Source: the human T2T-CHM13v2.0 reference genome, Homo sapiens. From it: a stretch of DNA of 64,000 bases. The notes under the pieces were generated by a model. It was not told where the DNA came from, did not search any database, and saw only the letters and a list, made by a program, of their open reading frames with translations. Position numbers and translations under genes: made by a program. The DNA is taken from the NCBI RefSeq assembly GCF_009914755.1, contig NC_060925.1; one strand, given 5' to 3'. Of the stretch, positions 55,080-64,000 are shown one piece after another (positions within the stretch are counted from its first letter, which is position 1; each line of letters opens with the position of its first letter).

Positions 55080-55269
55080 TGATTTTTGATTTGGAAATTA
55101 AACTGTTCTAGAACTTTTAGGAGTAGTCGTTCTTGCTTTTTGAAAATACATATTTTTGAATTTTCTAAACACATTGTTATGTTAAATCAATGTTTATATT
55201 TGGCATTATTTTAGAAGTACTTAAAAAATCAGACCATATTTACACACAAATTAATATTTACAAGAATGT

Positions 55270-55404
55270 ATGCTCCATGAATGTGGAGTGTATAAGTTTA
55301 AATCAAATCTTTGACCCTGGACTTAAACTGTCTGTCACAGTTTTCTCCTCCTTAAAATGGGATTAATCAAACATACACATAATATTTTTGTGAAGATTAA
55401 TTTA
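55270..55404 (+). mobile_element. MIR, interrupted by THE1 (resumes about 57507-57570)
   Basis: cagttttctcctccttaaaatgggattaat...tgtgaagattaa. Confidence 0.6.
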
Positions 55405-57501
55405 TATATTGGTCTGTTTTCATGCTGCTGATAAAGACATACCCAAGACGTGCCAATTTACAAAGAAAGAGGCTTAATTAGACTTAAAGTTCCATGTGGC
55501 TGGGGAGGCCTCACAATCATGGTAGAAGGCAAGGAGGAGCAAGTCACATCTTATGTGGAAGGTGCCAGGGCCAAAAAAGAGAGCTTTTTCAGGGAAACTT
55601 CTTATAAAACCATCAGATCTCATGAGACTTATTCACTATTATGATAACAGCATGGGAAAAACCTGCCCGCATGATTCAATTACTTCCCACTGGGTCCCTC
55701 CTACAACATGTGGGAATTCAAGATGATATTAGGGTGGGGACACAGAGAAACCATATCATTCCATCCCTGGCCCCTCCCAAATCCCATGTCCTTAACATTT
55801 TAAAACCAATCATGCCTTCCCAGAAGTCCCCCAAAAGTCTTAACTCATTTCAGCATTAACTCAAAAGTCCACAGTCCAAAGTCTTATCTGAGACAAAGGC
55901 AAGTCTCTTTTGCCTATGAGCCTGTAAAACCAAAACCAAGCTAGTTACTTCCGAAATACAATGAGGGTACAGACATTGGGTAAATAGAGCCATTCCAAAC
56001 TGGAGAAATTGACCAAAACAAAGGGAATGTAGGCCCCATGCAAGTCCGAAATCCAGCAGGGCAGTCGAATCTTACAGTTCCGAAATGATCCCCATCGACT
56101 CCACATCGCACATCCATGTCATTCTGATACAAGAGGTAGGTTCCCATGGTCTTAGGCAGCTCTGCTTCTGTGGCTTTGCGGGGTACAGCCTCCCTCCTGA
56201 CTGCCTTCACACGCTGCCCTTTAGTGTCTGCAGCGTTTCCAGGTGCATGGTGCAAGCTGTCAGTGCATCTACAATTCTGGGGTCTAGAGGGCAATGGCGC
56301 TCTTCTCACAGTGCCACTAGGTGGTGTCCCAGTTGCGACTCTGTGTGGGGGCTCCAGCTCCACATTTCCCTTCTGCACTGCCCTAGCAGAGATTCTCCAT
56401 GAGGGCCCCACCCCTGCAACAAACTTTTGCCTTGGCATCTAGGCATTTCCATACGTCTTCTGAAATCTAGGCAGATGGTCCCAAACCTCAATTCTTGACT
56501 TCTGTGCACCTGCAGGCTCAACAACACGTGGAAGCTGCCAAGGCTTTGGACTTCCACCATCTGAAGCAACAGCCTGAACTGTACCATTGTCACTTTTAGT
56601 CACAGCTGGAGTGGCTGGGACACAGAGCACCAAGTTCTTAGAATGCACACAGCACAGGGACCCTGGGCTTGGTTAATAAAACCATTTTCTCCTAGGCTTC
56701 TGGACCTGTGATGGGAGGGGCTGCCATGAAGACTTCTGACATGCCCATTTTCCCCATTGTCATGTGAAGTAACATTTGGCTCCTTCTTACTTATGCAAAT
56801 TTCTGCAGCTGGCTTCAATTTCTTCTCAGAAAATGTTTTTTTTTTTTTTTTTTTCCTCTACCACATTGTCAGGCTGCAAATATTCTGAACTTTCATGCTC
56901 TTCTTCCCTTATAAAACTGAATGCCTTTAACAGCTCTCAAGTCACCTCTTGAATGCCTTGTTGCTTAGAAATTTCTTCCTCCAGATACCCTAAATCATCT
57001 GTCCCAAGTTCAAAGTTCCACAATTCTCTAGGGCAGGGGCAAAATGCTGCCAGTCTCTTTGCTAAAACATAGTAAGAGCCATCTTTGCTCCAGTTCCCAA
57101 CAAGTTCCTCATTTCCATCCGAGACTACCTCAGCCTGGACCTTTGTTTTCAGGATGCTTATAAAGGCATACCCAAGACTTGGTAATTTATAAAATAAAGA
57201 GGTTTAATTGGACTTACACTTCCACATGGCTGGGGAAGCCTCATAATCATGTCAGAAGGCAAGCAGGATTAAGTCACATCTTACATGGAAGGTGGCAGGC
57301 AAAAAAAAAAAAAAAAAGAGAGAGCTTGTGCAAGGAAACTCCTCTTTACAGAACCATCAGATCTCATGAGACTTATTCACTATCACAATAACAGCACAGG
57401 AAAGACTTGCGTCCATGATTCAATTACCTCTCACCAGGTCCCTCTCACCACATGTGGGATTCAAGATGAGATTTGGGTGGGGACACAGAAAAAGTATATC
57501 A
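55405..57501 (-). mobile_element. THE1B-like MaLR provirus (LTR 55405-55758, internal ~55759-57142, LTR ~57143-57501)
   Basis: Two similar LTRs, THE1-int between them, perfect 5-bp TSD ATTTA. Confidence 0.95.
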
Positions 57502-57632
57502 ATTTAGTTTCGGAAAAAAATGTTTACCCAGTACTTAGTATATAGTTTGTGTTTTAAAAAGCTGTTAATCTTAAAAACAGGAAGAGTGTATGGCATGTAA
57601 TTTTTATTTAGTATTTATTTGTCGAGAAATAT

Positions 57633-58343
57633 TTAGGTTGGTGCAAAAGTAATTGCAGATTTGGTTCCTGAATTTTACATCATTATCACTAGGCTGAGGC
57701 AAATCTTTATTAATCAAAATAGGAAACATTATAATCAACATATTTTTTGCCAGTGAGAAATAAATTTGTTTAATCCTGTAGCGTAAAATTCATGCTTTGG
57801 GTTTCAACGAACCTTTGGAAAGCATTTTCTGCATCTTGCTGGTTGTGGAAGTGTTTTCCATGCAAAAAGTTGAGATGTTTGAAAAAGTGGTAGTTGGTTG
57901 GCGAACAGTCAGGTGAATATGGCAGATAAGGCGAAACTTCTTAGCTCAATTCATTCAACTTTTGAAGCACTGGTTGTGCAACGTGCAGTCAGGCGTTGTT
58001 GTGGAGAAGACTTAGGCCCTTTCCGTTGACCCGGCCTTGCAGTTTGTGGTGCAAATCATCAATTTGCTGAGTGTACTTCTCAGATGGTTTCACCAGGATT
58101 CAGAAAGCTGTAGTGGACCAGATCGGCAACAGACCACCAAACAGTGACCATGACCTTTTTTTTTAGTGCAAGTTTGTCTTTGGGAGGTGCTTTGCAGCTT
58201 CTTCTCAGTCCAACTATTAACCTGGTCATTGCTGGTTGTCATATAAAGTCCACTTTTTGTCATGCGTCACAATTCGATCGAGCAATAGTTCATTTTTGCA
58301 TAGAATAAGAGAAGATAACACTACAAAATGACAATTTTTCTTT

Positions 58344-58377
<34 letters not shown>

Positions 58378-58913
58378 CAGCTCACGAGGCATCCATTTAT
58401 CAAGCTTTTTTACCTTTCCAATTTGCTTCAAATGCCAAATGACCGTAGAATGGCCTACATTTATTTCTTAGGCAACTTCGTGTAGTTGTAAGAGGATCAG
58501 CGTCAGTTGGTCCTTGTCAACTTCCAATTGCCAGCCACTACGTTCCTCATCTTCAAGGCTCTTGTCTCCTTTGCAAAACTTCCTGATGCACCTCTTCACT
58601 GTAGGTTCCTTAGCAGTTCTTGGGCCAAATGTGATGTTGATGTTGTGAGGTGTCTCTGCTGCTTTACAACCCATTTTAAACTCGAATAAGAAAATCACTC
58701 AAATTTGCTTTTTGTCTAACATTATTTCCTTAGTCTAAAATAAACATGAAGTAAACAGCAAGTAACAGTAATAAGTCATTAGCAAAAAAACCATGAAGCA
58801 AGAAATGCACATTAAAATGATGTATAACATAATCACATTTATTTAAGAACGTATTCCAATATCAAATGGCAAATTCCAACAGAAAAACCACAATTACTTT
58901 TGTACCAACCTAA
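57633..58913 (-). mobile_element. Full-length Hsmar1 mariner transposon
   Basis: TIRs TTAGGTTGGTGCAAAAGTAATTGC / CAATTACTTTTGTACCAACCTAA, ~1.28 kb, TA flank. Confidence 0.97.
57710..58731 (-). pseudogene. Inactivated Hsmar1 transposase
   Basis: ORF track IFLFEFKMGCKAAET...FCKGDKSLEDEERSG; start codon reads AAG; stops, frameshifts and a poly(T) expansion. Confidence 0.93.
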
Positions 58914-59106
58914 TAATAAACAAAATACCATTATATTAGATTTTTATCTATTTCAGAAATATCAAATCATAAATATTCTGTAGCACAAATGGTTAATAGA
59001 GTCTAATTATATCTGTTGAACTTACATTTCCTGATGAATTAAACTTTATTATTCTGTTTTAATGTTTTTGTTAGGAATATATATATGCGTAATCAAACAT
59101 TTTTCT

Positions 59107-59525
59107 TGTAGATTGAATGACTGGCCCTGACTGCTCACCTGTCCTTACATCTGTGTCTTTGCTATGGCCTCATAATGGATGTGTTTTCACCGCCGCTCTG
59201 ACGTAAGGCTTGGTCATATGGCTTGCTTCGGCGATGGCATAAGGGCAAAGTGAGAGGAGGCATCAACTCTTAGGTGTTTCAGCTTTCCATGAAAAAAACA
59301 CAGCCTGTGCAGCCTGATGATCTAAGGATTAAGACAGGCATGTGAAGCAGAGCTGCCCCAGCTGCCCATTAATCTAGAAGATACAGTAGAAGACACAAGT
59401 CTGCATAGCCCATATGTCCCCCGGGTCAGGCCTGTCCTAACTGAGCCCTGCTAACCCGTACATTCATTAGAAGAAACTTTTTTTTTTTAATATATCAAGC
59501 CTTGGGGAGGTTTTTTACTTGGTGA
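59107..59525 (+). mobile_element. MLT1G/H-like MaLR LTR
   Basis: ggcttggtcatatggcttgcttcgg...catgtgaagcagagctgccccagc. Confidence 0.7.
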
Positions 59526-60704
59526 AGTGTCTTACTTGGTATTGATAAAAATGTTTTCTAAATCTTATGTTCATAGGATAAGCATGATTAAATTGTAGTC
59601 AATAAAACACACTTTCTTTTCATACCTTCAAATGTCTGGCAAAATTTTTAAAGATGAAATAAACTGATTACAAAAAAGGATGTGTCATAAAAATCAATGC
59701 ACACTTAGAAAATTAAGTACTTTGTAGTTTAAAATAGATTTATTTATCACAAATGCGTTATATTTTTTTCTAACCAACATTTAACAGATAAGAACCTTTA
59801 GGCCAACTTTATACATTAAATATCTAGATAGAATTAATATATTCATTGGAACATGAGCTCCTTTAAAATATACTGAAAGCTTAGAAACTCACAGAGACGC
59901 CTCTCAGAGTATCAAGTAGAAAATGCAGAACTTGAATAAGTTAAATAGAGATAAGCTTCACCAGGGAAAATACTGCATGTATTTGATGCTCAGATGCTGC
60001 TTCTTTATAAAGAGGATGAAAACAAATTATCTACCTTATCTTCTTTTTTAAATCTGAGAAGTTGGAAAGGATCTACCCTGTAGTCCACTTCTCTTCTGAA
60101 CCTTAAAGAAGAAAGAAGTTTTCTTTATAACTGAAATAGATAAGGGTTTATACAAAAGCTAAATCTGGAATGTTACAAGTGTGTAGGATTCTTACAGTCA
60201 TTCTTCTGCAACTGCATTTACATTCTTACATTCTTGGGTGGTTAAAAGGAAGCATGAAAGGCCACTGTCAGTTCATAAACTTGGCTTGAATGTTTACCCT
60301 GTCGATCTCAAAGGATTTTTGTGAGAATCAAAGATCATGTATGTAATTTTTTTTAAATGTATTTAACTGAAGGAAGAAGAATTCTTCAATTGGACATTTA
60401 TCATATTTTCATCAAAACACAAAAGTCATGTTATTTTGAAAATAATTTCAGGTCTAAAATACCAATGTAATGTTTAGAGCCACCTTCATCAAAACCATTT
60501 ATTGAACTATTTTAACTTAATGCATAACATGTAACGCATATGCCTGATAAGATTGTGATTGTTAGGAAGACCTTTATATTTTCTCAATGCTCTAGAATAT
60601 CTTAAATTATGTCAAAGCACTTACTAAAATTCAAAGAATGAAATGAACACGTTTATTTACCTAAAATGTAAAAGTTGTCTATAAAATTTCTCAGTAGGTA
60701 ATGT

Positions 60705-60930
60705 GTGGAGGGCAGTGTGCAACAGAGAGAGGAGGCCGTGAGGTGAGCCTTGGGGCAGGGCACAGCTGGGATCCTGTTGCTGGTCTAGTGCTTGCTATCT
60801 CTGTGATACTGGCACAGTAGCTAAAGACTCATCTTTAATGAGAATAAAAATGTCATTACCTCACACAGATGTGAGGTCTAGGTGAGGTAATTGAATTTAA
60901 GCCTAGCATTGCTTAAGAAGTGTTATTTGC
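60705..60930 (+). mobile_element. MIR
   Basis: ctcatctttaatgagaataaaaatgtcattacctcacacagatgtgagg. Confidence 0.6.
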
Positions 60931-61004
60931 ATTTCTCAATAAAACAGTAAACGCCAATACAGTATTAAAATACTTGAAAATCTCTGGAAATATAGGTAGT
61001 AGAA

Positions 61005-61720
61005 ACTCTTCAGGGCTTTTGCACTTGGTGTTCTCCCGTGTACTGTAAAACCTTTTCCCCAGGTGGTCATATGGCTTCCTACTTTTCATCAGTGAAGTTT
61101 GTGTTTAAATATGACTGTTGATTAATAGAGTCCTTTCCTGAGCAACCTTCAAGATAACTGTTGGCTGGGCTCAGTGGCTCATGCCTGTAATCCCAACATT
61201 TTGGGAGGCTGAGGGAGGAGGATTCCTTGATACCAGCAAATGGAGATCAGCACTGCAACATGGTGAAACCATGGTGCAATTTAATGATGAAATCCAGTGT
61301 CTATCAAAAATTTAAAAAAAAACAAATTTAGCCAGGCATGGTGATCCGTGCCTGTGGCTCCAGTTATTCAGGAGGCTGAGGTTGGAGAATCTCTTGAACT
61401 TGAGGTCGAGGCTGCAGTAAGCCTTGTTCACTCCAGCCTAGGTGACACAGTGAGAACTTGTCACAAAAAACAAACAAAACAAAACAAAACAATACAAAAC
61501 AAAAAATCGTCCTCTTCTTAGAACCATTCTCTAGTTAACTATCACCTCTCATATTCCTCTTAGAATTAATCACCATGTGAATCAATTTCCTTGGTTAGCA
61601 TTTATTGCAGTATATATACTTAGCTGTATATATGTAATATATGTATTACATATATAGCTACATTCTCACTAAAATATCTTTTTAAGAAATTGTTTATGGA
61701 TCACATTTAATAAAGAGGAT
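61005..61720 (+). mobile_element. L2 3' fragment interrupted by AluJ
   Basis: cagggcttttgcacttggtgttc...cctttcctgagcaacc. Confidence 0.55.
61163..61506 (+). mobile_element. AluJ with small internal duplication and (AAAAC)n tail
   Basis: GAGGTCGAGGCTGCAGT (J-type); extra catggtgcaatttaatgatgaaatcc in the left arm. Confidence 0.9.
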
Positions 61721-61787
61721 CAAAATATTACATTAAATTGCTATTTTAACTTAAGGCAAAATATTTTCACGACTTTTTTTGTAAGAT

Positions 61788-62212
61788 TGTCTTAGCTAGG
61801 GCTGCCATCACAAAATACCATAGACTGGGTGACTTAAACAGCAGAGATTTATTTCTCACAATTTTGGAGGCTGGAAGTCTAGTCAATGTGCCACCGGATT
61901 CAGCGCCTGGTAAAGGCTCTTCCTGGCTTGCAGATGTCCAACTTCTTGCTATGTCCTCACATTTCCTTTTCTCACTAGGTGCCCTGAGCAAGGGAAGGTC
62001 TTGGGGTAGAGGGGGCAGGGGAGAGAGAGAGAAAGAGAAAGAGAGATCTCTTCCACTTAGTAAACCACCAGTCCCATTATGCGGGTCCCACCCCCATGAC
62101 CTCATCTAACTCTAACCACCTCCTAAAGCCCCCATCTCCAAACACCATCACACTGGGGGTTAGGGGTTCAACATATGAATTTGAAGAAAACACAATCATT
62201 CAGTCCATAACA
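61788..62212 (-). mobile_element. MLT1A/B-like MaLR solo LTR
   Basis: TGTCTTAG...CAGTCCATAACA; perfect TSD AAGAT. Confidence 0.92.
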
Positions 62213-62237
62213 AAGATGAAAATATTTTCACAAGTTT

Positions 62238-62241
<4 letters not shown>

Positions 62242-62268
<27 letters not shown>
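62242..62268. repeat. (TG)n microsatellite
   Basis: Perfect TG run. Confidence 0.97.
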
Positions 62269-62970
62269 ATAAAAGCAATATACCTTCACAAGGCTTTTGT
62301 GTAAAACCTCAGTCACTAGTGCATTAAATACTACTTTAATTGCTACTGTTATATACTGCAATTTTCAATGCCTATGATTTTGCCAACTATTAATTCTAGA
62401 GTTTTAATTGAAAGGACATTTAAAACGTTAAAATAATTTAAATTTTATTTTTATTGCATTGGCATTTCCTGGATGGTAATAATTTTATGTTTTAAAAATT
62501 GGGAGAAACTATTTATTATAGAGCTGACGGTCCCCAGGTGGACAATTCATAGGAATTATAAAAGACTCAACTATCCACTTGATTTATTTTATTCTTAAAC
62601 ACTTAATCAGACTTTCATAACTAGAATAAAGTGCTAAGGAAAATTAAACTCCATTAATTATTTCAAGGCCAATTTAGTGATCACTTCTACTAAAGAATTA
62701 TCTCAAGAGCATACAAAAAATTCAGATCAGTGTAATTCAAATTTTTATAAAACTGATCTAGAGATCATCTTTCAAAATAAAAATAAACATAATTTATAAT
62801 TTTGAATGCATAAAGTAAAATTCAATATATTAGCAATACTGTCATTTATTTGATGAAAAATTAAGACACTGGTTTTCACAATATTCTGTTTAATTGAAAT
62901 TCTGTTTGTTCTTATAATCCCATATTTTCGCAAATTCTCATAAAACTTAAATTTCAATTTTATAAAATCA

Positions 62971-63555
<585 letters not shown>

Positions 63556-64000
63556 AAAATAATAGAGTCTATGACACATCCTATGTTAGACAAGTGACAT
63601 CCTTTACCATTTGTAAAAAATCTAAAAAAGGAATTTCAGCTTTTTAAAGATATAATTGAACAGAAAGTAAATTCTTAATATAACATCATTAGAGGCACAC
63701 AATCGTCACATATACAGAATTATTGAATGAATGAGAGAAAAAGAGAATCCTGGTTTTATTTTCTCTTAGAAAGACTTGAGGTGTAATTAAAACACAGCAA
63801 AATTCAGATAAGGTATCTGAATTAATTAACAACATAGAGAATCAAGTAGGAAATTGATTGAATATAAGGTCAGGAGGGATCCAAAATCCTTATTTTTAAA
63901 ATTCTTGAATAGTATAAATGAATTAAAATGTGGCTCTGGATCTATTTTCTCTTTTAGGATCACAGAGAAGAGCGTATTTCCTCATAATCCTATGTGTCTA

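Noticed and set aside
55941-56648. 165-aa and neighbouring ORFs
   Set aside because: They lie within THE1-int and are frameshifted remnants or chance ORFs.
57710-58731. Active transposase or SETMAR exon
   Set aside because: The start codon is lost, there are multiple stops and frameshifts, and both TIRs are present, so it is a dead Hsmar1 copy.

Overview
This is AT-rich, non-coding primate genomic DNA. AluY, full-length Hsmar1, THE1 and L1PA copies point to a catarrhine, most likely human or another ape. I see no credible protein-coding exon, RNA gene or CRISPR array. Every long ORF in the track falls inside a repeat or low-complexity DNA. The window is mostly a layered record of transposable elements: L2/MIR, old L1M, MaLR/ERVL/ERV1 LTRs, Tigger2b, Hsmar1, THE1, and Alu J/S/Y. 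The most unusual structure is at 30.3-36.2 kb. There an ERV1 provirus remnant (5' LTR, tRNA-Arg(CCU) primer-binding site, long AT-rich leader, degenerate gag capsid) has its LTR split by a ~1 kb GC-richer sequence I cannot assign to any repeat. That insert has a poly(A) remnant and probable target-site duplications (TSDs), suggesting a retrocopy or orphan transduction. A co-oriented solo LTR9 then inserted at its 5' end. Smaller oddities include two twin-primed 5'-inverted L1s, an inverted patch inside an L1, deletion scars and a candidate recursive splice site. Subfamily names come from recalled consensus sequences, not from a search. I do not claim a new biological system. The LTR9 plus retrocopy cassette is the best candidate for something undescribed.
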